Part shown: positions 13,081 to 26,500 of the stretch, in pieces | Position numbering within the stretch: position 1 is the stretch's first letter | Layout of the letters: every line of letters begins with the position of its first letter | Assembly: GCF_018350175.1 (NCBI RefSeq) | Contig: NC_058368.1 | Span: 104,472,001 to 104,536,000 of the forward strand | DNA length: 64,000 nt | From: Felis catus | Taxonomy: Eukaryota | Direction of reading: 5' to 3' | Program-made: the position numbers and the translations under genes | The notes under the pieces: generated by a model | Databases searched by the model: none | What the model saw: only the letters and a program-made list of their open reading frames with translations | Told to the model about the DNA's origin: nothing

Positions 13081-15153
13081 ACACGACTTAAGTAGGTAGA
13101 TCAGAGTAAAACAACCTGAAACACCCGAAATAAAAATTAGGTAAAATCAGTGGAGGAGGAGAGGAAACCAAACACTGCGATCCTTCCAAAGGGAAAGCCA
13201 AAAGGGACCAGTGTTGGGTGTTAGCTAGAAGGCAGTGACCCAGCCTCAAAAGGAAACGGTCCATGGTTGGTTAGAACAACAGATGAAGGACTTATCAGCG
13301 GAAGAGGCACCAGCGCACATGTCCTGTCTGTAAAAACATCAGGGCAGCCCAGTCCTTCTTTTCCCTATTCAGTGTCTACCTGTTCAGGTCTCTGTAGAAA
13401 GGTCCATCCCCTAGATTGCAATGAATATGTCTATTGCTAGCAGAGGCTTGTGATCTTGTTTCCTAACAATACAAAAAGTGAGCAGAAGGCAGTAAGGGTG
13501 ATTAAGCAGGTAAGGGGTTGGAGGTGGGGGGGTGTCCCTGGCAAGTATGGGTAAGGCTGGTGAAAACTGAGGTTTTGCAAGATGAATTCCTTTCTCACTG
13601 GGTAAGGCCATCAGAGCATGTATTATCCCAGAGAGAAGTCGCATCACTGGGATCATCTCCTTAGCATGAGAAAGACACACTGGACTCCTCTAGGAAAGTC
13701 CTCTGGAAATGGTCAAAAATGCAGTTTCTCCTGCAGGGAAAAGGTTCATGGGAACAATGATTATCATAGAGCTTTATAAAATAGAGTTCGTACCTGAACA
13801 GGAAGGATGGAGAGGAAAACATGAGTGGAGGGTGGGACTAAATGAAAGAGAAAAGTCGAAATCACGGAGACCTAGAAGGTGAAGGATGAGAACTTTCTGG
13901 CTGTGAGAACCTCAGTTTATATAACACAGTCACAAAGTATTAGGAGGAAGTTTTGGTATACGGGATGCTGAAAAGCAGGTCTGAGAAAATGCCAAAGCAA
14001 AGCACCACAGGGAGAGCCTCCACCGGCTGCAGGGAAGGGCATGGGCGAGGGGTTCCACAAACGTTTGCCCCCCCCCCTCATATAGACACCCTCAAACCCT
14101 GCTAGCCTGCAGCACCTAGATGAAAGAAAGAAGCTTTGAGACATGCAGGGGCAAGTGCTCCTGACTTAAAAGGTCCAAAAGACATCAGTGAGTCCATGAC
14201 CTAATCTAGGATTGCTCATCTTCTCTGTTGCCTTGAATAATATTTAGATGTAATCACCCAATTTTCTAATGGGATTTTCTTGGCAGGTAGGAGAAGAAAG
14301 CACCTATGTTAAGTGAGGCTTAACCTCCCAGATGAGACAGAAAACAAGGGTCCTTGATCTCTTGCAGTCATTTGAAGTGCATGAAGATCTCACCTAAAAG
14401 GGCGATGCTAAGGCCCTGACCCCAGGCAGTTACGCTTCCTTTTGCTGCCCCATAAACTCCACCTGGACACGCGGTCCGTGCAGCAGTTCAGCAACCCACT
14501 CTGAGGTAAGCACGTACCTAAGTCATCAGATGACATCATAAGCACAGTTGTGCAGGGGGTCGTTCTTGAACGAAAGGAGATTTAGAGATGAAAAACATTT
14601 ATAAAAGTTAGTCTCGGCAATAAAAATCTGCTGGGATTATTATTTTTTAAAAAGCCTCACTGCACAAATGTCAAGGTTGCCCATTATGCTGAGCTTTGGT
14701 TGGCAGCGGCCTGTAGGCCCAGCAACCACCTGGTTCCTCCACGGCGCCCAGACCTCCGTGGCCAAAAGTAGCTGGTTGGCTGCCCTGGAAGGCAAGAGGG
14801 ACCAAGCCGTCTGAGACTTGAAAAGATGTGCGTGGTCAGGCTGCCCCAAGTCTCCAAGTGGGGCCCGTGAGTTAGCTGCTTGCTCAAGACAGGACACAAG
14901 GAGTGTGAGAACACAAAAGGTACCAGGGGCTGTGGCCCAGACTAGTGGAAGGAGGGTGGAGATGGGGGCATTTCTGAACAAGTCACAACAGGAGGCAGTG
15001 ACAAGAGGAGGAAAAGCCAGGAATGAAGAGGAGGGGATATAAAGACGAAAGAGCAGGAACGGATGGCAGCTACATGAAGCATTGAGATTGGGGCCAACGC
15101 TGGAACTCTGGCACTGGGATTCAATTATCACTGCCATTTAAACTGGTGGTGAG

Positions 15154-15353
15154 AGGCACCTGGGTGGCCCAGTCAGTTAAGCGTCCGACTTCGGCTCAGG
15201 TCATGATCTCACGGCTTGGGAGTTCGAGCCCCGTGTCAGGCTCTGTGCTGACAGCTCAGGCTGGAGCTGCTTTGGATTCTGTGTTTCCTTCTCTCTCTGT
15301 CCCTCTCCTGCTCGTGCTCTGTCTTTGTCTCTCAAAAATAAACATTAAATAAA
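15154..15353 (+). mobile_element. Can-SINE
   Basis: Head, CT tract and A-rich tail; TSD taaactggtggtgag / tacactggcggtgag. Confidence 0.93.
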
Positions 15354-18121
15354 TACACTGGCGGTGAGTATACGCGTGCACATCCTTCAGAGGGCTTGCA
15401 AGTGTTCACCTGTAACTCTCTGTGGCCCTCTAGCATACCTGGCAACTATTTCTTAAGCATCCTTTCTTGAGAAACTGGAAGGTGAGAGGCCCTGCCCTCC
15501 AGGGGCTGCTGACCTGGAGGGAGTGCGGCTACAAGAGGGAAAGGTCCTGCTGACAGCATACAACCAGCCCAAAGAGGAACATGGAGAAGCTTCCCAAAGG
15601 CTCTAATGCTTGAACTGCAATGTGGAGTTAGTCAAGTAGAAAGGAGGTGCCACCCATGATAGGTACTCAGTCACTGTTTGTTAATTAATTTCAGTTCGTT
15701 CCGATTTGTAATGATTACCTGGAAAATCGTTCAAGGGCTAGGAGTTCGTTCTTATCCCCACTGTTTTTATTATGTCGATGAAAAAGATAAACCTGTCCAT
15801 TTTCGAGTCTAGGGATATAATCCAAAAAAAAAAAAAAATACTAGACCTTACCTTTGGCTGAGATGGGGAGTACACTTATAGTTTTTCTAATTAGGAGACA
15901 TCTTCTTGGTCTACTTGTCTCATAGCAAAAAGTTTTAAAAGCTTTTGAAAAGATCACGTTTTGCTCACTTGAAATATGTGTGTATATTTTAGCATAAACT
16001 ACACTTGGCAGCTGCTAACATAATTGGATGGCTACGCCTTGCAAAAGCTTGATTTCTTTTTAATCAAATTTTTAGAATCATACTGGGTTTTTTGCCAGTG
16101 CTGCAATAGTGAGCAATAAATACATCATTAGATCAATGGTGTTCTGATGATGGATTACTCCAAAGATACTTCCAGCCAAGAAGACTAAGCCCATAGTCTC
16201 ATTGTGCAAAGATGAATAAAATATTGTTTAAAACACAGATACGCAGTTAACATAACAAGGAAGAAAACATTGCAAAATAGAACACAACAGCCATGGGTTT
16301 ATAATGTAGCAATATTGATCACGGATTTTCCTAAGTACTCTAGAGCAGCCATGCTATTATATATGCCTCTGATTAGACCCAGAGATGAGAAGGAAAAAGT
16401 TATAAAAAAGGAAACTAACAGAGGAAGGCCTGCTGCTATAATAAATTATTTAAAGCAAGCAGGGCGAGCGGGTTGTGAAGACAATATAAAACAGAATCAA
16501 TGCCCCCAAGAAACCCCAAACCATCAGCACCTCTATAAATTTCTCACCACTCTGTCTGGCATGTTCCTGGGGCTTCTTTCCCAGCACCCTCCCCATCCCA
16601 TCCCACCCCACCCCTACTCTTCACATTCTGTCTGTTCGTTTCTGAGAACTTAACATTTGTTTTTCTTCTGTAACCTAGGATGTTGTCTTCAGTTATATTT
16701 CTCATCTTCTATTAGAAGAGTGTCTGCAAGGCCACAGATGAACGCATCTGTCACTTCAATTATCTCGATCTTAAATTTCCCGTGGAAACAATAAGCTGGT
16801 AATATCTAACATGATACTTACAACATGACTTTGACATTACTCTTCTCTTCCTTTTTTCTTACCATTGTTGTAGTTAAATCCACAAAGCAAAAGCTAGAGT
16901 AAAACTTACATAGCTCCATCAGTATTCTGTATGAGGACGTGTCTAGGACCAAAAATCTAAAGTAAAGGTAAGAACTTGGTAAGGGTATGTTGGGGGAAAA
17001 AGAGTCAAAATGGCTACAATTCAAGTATTAGGAGATGTTAAAAGGGCAGATTGACTTGAAAAGTAAATACTTTATAGGTAGATTTTGCCATGGGAATAGG
17101 GGTGGGGAAAGAAGGGTGAAAAAACGAGAAAAGAAGTCACCAAATTCCTTTTGCCAAAAGTATGCCATGGCCAAAAAAAAAAAAAAAAAAGAATTGTTGC
17201 TTAGAAGCTTGCAGTGACCTATGGCCCAGTTTCAAGAAAAGTAGCATTCTACCATAGTTTTTTGAAGTAGGCATAAATCCCATTGTACAATCAGGCTGGG
17301 ATTATAACTTAGGCTTTTAAAATGTTCTGGGTCCCATTCGTCATGCAGAAGCTGGGCAAATGAAATACAAACAATTCTATTCTGCCAGCATAAAAACATT
17401 ACTAGCAGCATAATAGGACTCATAAGCAAATGGAAACGTCTAAAATATGAGTCCAAAGAATTCTACATATAGGCTTTGCTGCCATCGTGCTCTGTGACCT
17501 TTAGCAAATTATTTGCCATTCTGGGTCAAGCCTGGCTGGTTAAGGTTAGGCTCATTGAACCAAGTATCACATATGGTGGTTAACTTTATAAAGAAAACTG
17601 TCCCAAGGTCACATTCACTATACAAATAAATGTGAAGAAAGAGGTAAAAAAAATTATAGACGATATGAATGACTAAGCATAATCCTGTCATATTACCAGC
17701 ATGCTAAAGAAAAAATAATTCAAATGCAAGGCCAATTTCTCAGTTATTGGTGTTATCTTTGAATGGGAAAGACAGGATATAAATATTACCAGCCTTTTGT
17801 GGCTGCTGTTTGCTCATCTGGAAAAGAATCATCGTACTCAAAGGATTGTTAAGATAAGTGACCTATAAACATTTCTGCCAAGTGCTCCTTTAAATGGGAA
17901 TTGCTCTGTGAAAGTCCCAGTAATGATCCAGTGGCCTGGAACAATCCAAGTTCAGTGTCCCAGCCTATCCAAGTCCTTTTGTCATCGGGCAAGTAAATAT
18001 CCCAGGCAATTCTGAACTCTGAGAAGTCAATAGGTCTTCCTAAGTGCACGGATGGTAGAACGAGGGAAGGGCAACAACCTCTGATAGATCCATTCTCTTT
18101 AAAACCTTATCTAGAAGTTTA

Positions 18122-18340
18122 GGGGCGCCTGGGTGGCTCAGTCTGTTGAGCATCTGACTTCGGCTCAGGTCATGATCTCGCAGTTTGTGAGTTCAAGCCC
18201 CGCATTGCGCTCTGTGCTGACAGCTCAGAGCCTGGAGCCTGCTTCAGATTCTGTGTCTCCCTCTCTCTCTGCCCCTCCCCCACTCACGCTCTGTCTGTCT
18301 CTCTCTCTCAAAAAAAATAAATAAACATTAAAAAAAAAAA
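18122..18340 (+). mobile_element. Can-SINE
   Basis: Full length; TSD ccttatctagaagttt / ccttatatagaagttt. Confidence 0.95.
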
Positions 18341-18440
18341 CCCTTATATAGAAGTTTTAAATTGAGAATTGTGCCAGTCTGAAATGGGAGAATGACTCTT
18401 TTTTTTTATTTAAAAATTTTTTTAAAATGTTTATTTATTT

Positions 18441-18664
18441 ATTTATTTTTTAATTTTTTTTCAATGTTTATTTATTTTTGGGACAGCGAGAGACAGAGCA
18501 TGAACGGGGGAGGGGCAGAGAGAGAGGGAGACACAGAATCGGAAACAGGCTCCAGGCTCTGAGCCATCAGCCTAGAGCCTGACGCGGGGCTTGAACTCAC
18601 GGACCGCGAGATCGTGACCTGGCTGAAGTCGGACGCTTAACCGACTGCGCCACCCAGGCGCCCC
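18441..18664 (-). mobile_element. Young Can-SINE nested in the tail of an older SINE
   Basis: Near-identical to the 1403 copy; TSD aatgtttatttattt at 18426-18440 and 18665-18679. Confidence 0.95.
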
Positions 18665-18863
18665 AATGTTTATTTATTTTTGAGATGAGAGTGAGACAGA
18701 GCATGAGTGGGGGAGGGCCAGAGAGAGGGAGACCCAGAATCGGAAGCAGGCTCCAGGCTCTGAGCTGTCAGCACAGAGCCTGATGCGGGGCTTGAACCAC
18801 GAACAGTGAGAACATGACCTGAGCCGGTCAGACGCCCAACGGACTGAGCCACCCAGGAGCCCC
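18665..18863 (-). mobile_element. Older Can-SINE (host; its poly-A lies at ~18400-18440)
   Basis: Outer TSD agaatgactctt / agaatagactctt. Confidence 0.92.
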
Positions 18864-19605
18864 AAGAATAGACTCTTAATGTGTATCAAACTGTACATAA
18901 AAAGGGAATTGGCAATAATTAATAAGTCCAAATTCACACTGATTTGAGAAGAGAAGTTATTAGCAATCAGTTTTCAACCCATCACTCTATGATGCTGAAA
19001 AAAAATCTATCCAATTAATTGGACAGCTTGAAATACTTCTAAGATGAGTTTCAGAAAACGAGAATGTTTGGGCCTCTGGATAGGTGACCCGGACTCTCCC
19101 TTGAGCAAGAGGCAGATCAGCTACAGCTTCCTAAGGAGATCCTTGATCTTGTGTCAGTCTGTCCTAGTCCTACTGAGGTTCTAATTCCCAAGCGCAGATT
19201 GGCTTTAGAATCAAAGGTGGCTCCCAAGGACCGGGATTCTTTTACCTTCTAGGGAGAAATGTCCAACAATGTGAGTTATGACTGGCAAAGTCCCCTTGGA
19301 GCACCCCAGGAACCCACTTGACTTTGAATATAGACTGGAGGAACTGAGACTGGAGGGGTCTTAAATTACCTTGCTTCTCCAGAGAGACTTCCTTAGAATT
19401 GGGGCTAACCTAGAAGAGAGATAGCTGAGGATTCTAAACAGACTCCTGAATACAGGACAAAAGGTGCCATTGTTGAGGACAGAGTATTAGAGTGTTGCCT
19501 ATAAATTTCACAAGGCTGATAAATGCCACCTGGAAATATCAGAACAATTACTTGTTAAATGACCTCACAGACTAGGGTCATTCTGTTATATCATAAATAC
19601 CATGC

Positions 19606-19797
19606 CAGTGTTTCTTAAAATACGGTGAGGGGATCCCTGACGTCAGAATCACTCGAGGAGAGGGGGTGCTTGTTCAAAATACAGATAACTGAACCCCACC
19701 CCAGACTCCTGAATCAAATCTTAGAGAACAGAGTTCAGCCCACAAACTGAATTTCTAAGTTGATTCAGATGATCCATATCAAGGCAGGAGAATTATT
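19606..19797. mobile_element. hAT-Charlie MER5-like MITE
   Basis: Starts cagtgtttcttaaa; contains cagaatcac...ttcaaaatacagat...ccccaccccagactcctgaatcaaa typical of MER5A. Confidence 0.65.
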
Positions 19798-20894
19798 TTG
19801 TCTTTGTAGTGCATGAGAAACTTAAAAGACACTCACAGATTAGAGATATGTATATTTTCTGCAAAATGTTTTAAGTACCATAAAAATAAAAACAATACTT
19901 CTTGTGATGAGTTCTTAAGAACCATGCCAGTTTATTCTGCCCACATTAATAATAAACACCATTCTTAAAATGTAATTATGAGCATAAAATTATTGGCAAA
20001 AATATCAATTAGCCTTCTCAAAACTGTGCCTTTATTTTGTCACCAAAAGTAATTACGTTATTAAGGAAATTTATAGTTTTTTTAAGTATCAGTCACTTAG
20101 CTGCAGGAACTTATTAAGCTGTTTTACTCCTCCCATACCCTTTTAGTCATCAGAATTTTTGTGATAAAGGTTTTTTATTATTTCTTAAACTATAAATTGT
20201 GAACCACTGCAACCAGTGATTAGGCTGAATATGAATTTATATCCAGGTTATAAATTCCTAAAAACATGTTTCATTAGAATTACTAAGCCAGTCTTAACTC
20301 TGGTAGATTAAATAGCCTCTGCAATAAAGCTCTGTTTACGTCTATTAAGGATTTTTTTTTTTTTTTTGGTGCAAAACAATTCAGTTTTAATGCATTCTCT
20401 TAAGAAGCAAAAGAAAACAGTTCCTGATATACATGCCACTGCAAAGCAGTAAACCAGTGTTGCATGGTAATGTGACAAACACATTTCTTTTCTACAGGAA
20501 TTTTTTTTTTCCTCTTATAAACTCTCTTTCCCCAAACCACGACTGTAATTATTTCACAAAATGTAGTTTGCCATTCCCGAAGAGTCAAACACTCCTTTTC
20601 TCCCTCACCAAAATCACAAGTTCAGGCTGAATACAGAATGAAAATAGAACTTGAGAGGCAGTCTTTGTTTGTAGCATGTTGTTCCTACTAAGGGTTGCCC
20701 CCTACCCACACTCCACCCTAGTGATCCAAATGAAGTGACTTAAGCGTACATATTATGTTTTAACAGATGGGCCAGCTGGCGGCTGCTGGGCTGTAAAACA
20801 GGAACTCGGAATCTGCACCGAGTGGTATTGAACTAAATGCTCGTAAAGTTCATGGACATACACTGACCCAGACAGACCACGCAGATTCAGACAT

Positions 20895-20898
<4 letters not shown>

Positions 20899-20940
<42 letters not shown>
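20899..20940. repeat. (CA)n microsatellite
   Basis: Directly visible, ~21 units. Confidence 0.97.
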
Positions 20941-20942
<2 letters not shown>

Positions 20943-21699
20943 ATCATACACTCCATAGATCAGAGGGTCCATCTCTCCACCCAGGGCAAGTTCAAGGCTG
21001 TTTCCCCCTCCATATATTTCTATCTCATTCACCCATCAATTTTACACACACACGCACATCTACATATGCATATTCAAGCATGAACAGTTATATATCTCAA
21101 CATTTTGGTATATTTTCAAAGACAAATTTTCCCCCAAATTGTGTTTCCAAGTCTCTAGTACACTCCGGAAGCTCTCATTCACATCAAATAAGAATGACAA
21201 GAAAATATTACATTTAATTCTATTTGGTCCACACATAATATAAAGGACATGTATGCAACTGCCCTCAGAAAAACCAGCTGCTTTTAACCCTTATCATTAA
21301 AACAGAGAAAAAATATCCCAGACTGGGTCACAAACGAAGTGTCAAATTTAACCTTGAATCCTCTGTTGTCAGTTCCTGTCACAACTTCATCGCTTAAAAC
21401 ACACACAACCCACCAGCCTGGTGGTCCCTTTCACGGTTTCGTCTTGGATTCTCCCAGGCTCCCTGCACTGGGACAGACAGCAGCTCCCCGCCTGGTCCTA
21501 ACGAAGTCTTTCCGACACACCTTGCAGGTGATGTGGAGGTCCGAGCACCTCTTGAGGGATGCGGATACAAGTGCTAATAGAAAGTAATTACTTTACCAAA
21601 GTTTAATATCCATGCTGTCAATTCCTTTCAGTAATTGCAAAGCACTGAAGCCCCTGTTACAGAACCTAGATGGTCGCTTAAGTTCTCTGACCGCTCAAG

Positions 21700-23530
21700 A
21701 CCCACCCCGAACACGATGGTCCCTGGTTCAGGCTACGGATAGGACACTGTCGCGCCGCACCGCCTCTGGCGCTGGTTAATTTTTCAGAAACCCGTCCGCA
21801 AGCCATCTAGGAACTGTTGCCCGTACACGACAGGGCACCGAGGCCGCCCCCAGCGCGCGTGTCGTCGCCGCAGAGGGCCAAGGGACGCGTCCCCAGGCCC
21901 CACCTAATGATGGCAATTACAACATGCCAAGTTCGTGAGAACGCAGAGCCGCGTCCCGGACCGAGTTGCGACTCTCCGAAACAAGTTCGGGAGTGGGGAT
22001 ACTAGCAAGGAGTAAATCCCGCCTGGCCCTGACCTCCCCACAGCCGCCAAGCTAGGACCGACGCACCGACGCCCGCCAGGACCCGTCCAGTCCCCCCGCT
22101 CGCCGAACAGCGCCAAGAGGAGCCGCTCGCCTCGCTCGCGGCCACTCACCCTCCTCGCCGAGTCCCGATCACAAACCGACGCCCCTGCAGAGGGTCCTGA
22201 ATCCCAAGTTGCCCCGAACCGGCGACCGTTCTGGCCCTAGCGGACCCGGCACACTGGTTCGGGAAGGCACCTCCGAGGGAGCACGACAAGCCCGGCGGGC
22301 GCCCCGGCTCAACAGCCGCCCGAACGCGTTGACAATTCGTGGACCAGCTTAGCGAATGAGGCGGACCGCGGAGCTGAGGCTACCCGGCTCTGGAGGGAGG
22401 CGGGGCCGCGCGGCGGGCGGGGCGGAGCCAGCCCTGGGCCAGCCCGGCGGGGCGGGGCGCCTTCCGCGCGTGACTGGCGGAGCCCGCAGCCAATTGCGGC
22501 GACTCCGGGAATCCGGGCGGCCGCGGGCAGTGCCGAGCGCCCGGCCCCGCCCCGCTGCCGCCGTCCAATCGCCTGCGGCTGAGGGCTGGATCTGAGACGC
22601 GCTGGCGGCGGGGAAGTTGGCTGCGGTGGGGTGCCTGGGCTGCGGGCTGGTGCTGTCGGGGTAGCTGCCCCGCGACCCGGGTGCCTCGGGAGGGAAGTGG
22701 CGGCCCCGGAAGGCCCCTGCCTTAGAGAGGTCTGGGGCCGTCCAGAGCCCCAAGAGCCGCAGCGTGTCGGCGCGCTGTGAAGCGAGAAGCCCAGCCGCAG
22801 CGCGGACCGACTCCGGATTGACAACGCCCACACCTGGTGTCCGCGGGAGGCGCCCAACTTGGCGTCCCCAAAGGAGCCCCAGCGAGGAAACCGATACCCA
22901 AAGAGGGTGAGTCCCGGGCCGCCTCACCCAGTCACCTTTGGAGGCCCGGGCCCGGAACTGGGAGCTCCGGGCTCCCTGGAAAAGGTTCTGGTTGCGGTTT
23001 GGTGGTTATCTTCAAAACAAAACTCCGACTCTGCGGACCTCCTGGAAAGTTCATTACACGTCCCCTCCTCAGCCGTGCTTTCATACCAACAGCAGCAGCA
23101 AGAGGGAAGCCTACCGGCGCCTAGGCCCCCTTCCCGGCCCAAAGTGCCTAAGGCGCTTGGGCAGAGCCCGGGGGCGAAAGGGAGGCTCGGACGCTAGACG
23201 GCGCCGGAGGCCTCGATACCCAACCTAGGGTCGGGCTGCTCTGTCGGGGGACTTCGTAGCATGGCTCCTGCTGCTGTTGTTCCTTGGGTCCGCCAGAGGG
23301 CCAGGGCCGCCCAATCCTCGCGAGCAGGAACGCCTCCAAGCGAGCCACAAGTGCCCACAATGCGCGCTGTCGTCCCCTGCTCCTTCGGATGTTCCCGGAC
23401 CAAGCTCAGAGACCTCCCTAGCGGCGGGCACCGGAGGATCCTGAGCTTTCTGGTCGGTCGCAGCGCAGTAGCCCCTCTGAGTAGGCTCTGTGGGCTCTGC
23501 CCTTCCTGGCCGGCCCGGTCACTTCTGCTC
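21700..23530. promoter_or_regulatory. CpG island promoter (probably MARCHF3) with GC boxes and CCAAT boxes
   Basis: Abrupt GC/CpG enrichment against a CpG-poor background; GGGCGG boxes around 22415-22460 and 22545-22553; CCAAT at ~22490 and ~22565. Confidence 0.9.
22150..22400 (-). other. MARCHF3: Probable non-coding first exon of MARCHF3 (5' boundary approximate)
   Basis: Strong donor AGG|GTGAGT at 22150/22149 on the minus strand, downstream of the GC/CCAAT boxes; no ATG on the minus strand in 22400-22150. The gene name rests on recalled synteny (MARCHF3 follows C5orf63 on the same strand), not on coding sequence. Confidence 0.65.
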
Positions 23531-26500
23531 CTTTTGTTGGCAGGGATGCCCTTCACCCTGTGTTTAAGCCCTTACCTTGACTGAAGTATACACATACACG
23601 GAGCTGTAGGTATAGAGTCAAAAAGCAACGGGGTTGGGTGTTGCTTTCCAGGCTGAGGCCTAGAATGTTAGCAAGCTGTAGACCCATAGCTTTGGGTGCT
23701 GAGCGGCCAATGGGTGCCTGGAACTGCACCTGGCATAGGTAGGCACTCAAACCGTGTTAGTAAAATGAACTTACGCGTAGTAGGAAAAGGGTCAAGCTTT
23801 CTGGTGCCCTGACACCTTCATCACTGACCATTGGCTCCCTCAGATTCACAAGTCCTGAAGGTTTTAGTTTCTTGTGCGTGAGGGAGTATGGACTATTACA
23901 GGTGTTATTTCGGTAGCTGCTTGACCCTCCTGATGAGGGTCATTGGCAAGAAGGAAGGCAAAAGGCCTGTAGCTGGAAAGGAATTGAAATGGCCACTCCA
24001 GCAGGGAAGGCTACAGCTCTGAGGTGGGCTCTCTGGCCTGGTTTGAGTTTCAACTTGTGTCTGTTCAGCTCCCTGTCTCAGCAGGGAAAGGTCCCTAAGA
24101 CAGGTTGTCAAGCAAGAAAATCAGGCTCTGGACAGTCCTTAGTAGGCCTTAAAAACCGATTTGGATTGCAGAAATTACTCATTGAGTGAATCAAAGGACT
24201 GGTGTAGCCAGGGGAGTCCAACCCATTCCGTGGTAAGCAGTTGTTTACCATACTGCTGACTGGCTTGAGAGAATGGCCTTTGCCCACAAGGAATGAGCTG
24301 TAGACCAACTGAATGGAATATACACCAGATCTCTGCCTAGGTTGGGGTTGGAAGATAAGGGGAAAAGTATATTTCCTTGGATTCCTTACCCCACCCCACC
24401 CCCCAACTCCTGTCTATAACTACAGGAAAAGTTTGCCAACAGTGTTTGTCATGTTAACACCCTGTGAAGGTTTTTCACAGATGCTAGTGATTATTTTAAA
24501 AATCACCTTGGTAATAGGAGCTAAACATTGGCTGTTGACTGTACATGCTATAGTATTTGTGTTAGATGATGAAACAAGGAAATAGGAAGTTTCTTTTTAG
24601 GAAATAAGAACTAGATGGGTGACTTCCATTTCCTGATTTCCAGGGTTTTCCATCTCTTTGTTCCATACAGACATAATTGCCATGGGGTTTTGGACAAGTA
24701 ACTGGTTTTATTTTCCTTTATGGAGTGGATGGCATTTAGAGACAGCACATCTAGACTACATTCGTACTTCCATACCATCTTCTGTTGTAATTGGTGTTTG
24801 ATAGGAGTTTGTCACTCTGGCACAGACTTAATCCTTTGGTGTCATTCTCCCAGTGATCTCTTGAGTTTGGGCTGTCCCCATATTCTACAAAGGAAAAAAA
24901 ATGAGATTTACGTGCATAAGAACTCATTGTAGTCCTATCTGTATGAAATAAACAGAAAACCAGGGAAATCTAGACACAGAAGACACTTGCTTAGTACTAA
25001 CCTATTTCAGTGTAGACAATTTCTTTCCTTCAAAAGGATGAAGAAGTTTGTGGAATGGCTTGGGAATGAGAAGACTGAGTTGAGGCCGTGGAAGCTGGGC
25101 TGGTCCTTTTGTGGATGGTGAGCAAATCTCCCTTCAGGCACTGTCACCCATCTCTGACACTGAAACAACATTTTGGAGCCTTGTAAATTTCAGCAGGATG
25201 TGACTGATAGGAGCCCTGGGTTCTAATCTGAGCTGTGAGTGCTCCTGGCAGTCACTTAACCTCTGTTTACCCCTGCTTCCTCTCCATAAAACAGCAGTGG
25301 CAGAATTGACCCACTCTGTTTAGCTGCTGAAGGGGGACACTGTGACAGCGGTTAAAAAGCACTGCCAGTTCATGCCATTTATAGCAGTAGCGATTGTTGA
25401 AAAGGAGAACAAAATGATGTTGAAACAGGAAAACAGTGTGGTCTGAACAGTTCCTCTCTACACTTGGAATTTCTCTTCATTTTAATCTCGTTGGATTATT
25501 GTCCTTTTATTCCATAAATGGAAATGACGGAAAAGGGTCCTCACAGTCCTTGTTGTTTGATTACCCTGTTCTTTGATTGTCCTTGTTCTTTGTTTTGGGA
25601 GCTTTGCTCAACTGAATAGTGTTTTTCCCCGTTTTCCGTTTCCACCACCTCTCTCATCATGTATTCACTTTGAAAATTATTCAGAAATTGAACAGGCTGA
25701 GCTAAAGACCTTAGCAAAGAAATGCAATCAGAAGCAGCAGATTCTAATACCAGCCCTGCCATAGGTTCGTTCTAGGACTACAGGCAAGCCATTAACCTGA
25801 GTTTTCCAACTACAAAACAGCAATCCTTCTGATTAATTTCACAGAAAGAAGAGATAACTCATGATAAGGCACTCTGAAATATTAATTCCCCTAGAGAGGA
25901 CAAAATATCTCGTAGGTGATTTTGCAAACTCGAGTATGGTGTTAGTTTGTCCGCAACTAGGAGCTATTTTTGTAACAGAGAGATTGCTCTGGCACAAGGT
26001 CTGCAGCCAGGGTGATACCACCCACAAAACAATGATATCTCATGTGTTTAAATGATATTGCAGGCACCCCCTGTCAAAGTTCTGTTGCCTCAGGTCCAAC
26101 CAAGGAAAAATGTGATAACAGAAATGTGTGGGAAAGGGAAGCCTCTGTTGTACACAAACTTGGGATTTCCTCATGCATGCCCAGGAAAAAAATCTACACT
26201 GAACTTGTTAAAAATGGATGCCACCGTGTGAGGACAACTTTGATGAAAGGCTAGAATGATCTAAGGAAGATGGCCTGGTACATAAAACTACACACATTGG
26301 TCAGAAGGCCACCAGAAGAGATTAAAAAATACCGTTAATTTTACAACTTCAGAATGAGTAACACTGAGGAATTTGGAAAGGGAGGGTCATGTACTCAAGA
26401 AGGAAAAACAGACTCCCAACCTAAGTTAAAAATAAGAACAGCAGGGTGTTCTGAGAAACACGACAAACAATATGGGCTGAAGAAACATGATCGACTGAAG

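Larger units (their letters stand above)
1..22149 (-). other. MARCHF3: Probable MARCHF3 intron 1 (continues beyond the left edge)
   Basis: Starts with the GT donor at 22149; repeat-rich, with no RING-CH or other recognisable coding exon. Confidence 0.55.

Noticed and set aside
14640..15137. 165-aa minus-strand ORF
   Set aside because: No recognisable homology or MARCHF3-like motifs; composition is typical of a chance ORF.
22309..23584. Long overlapping ORFs (182, 192, 120, 112 aa) in the CpG island
   Set aside because: Low-complexity Pro/Arg/Gly/Ala translations on both strands are expected from stop-poor GC-rich DNA; no recognisable domain.
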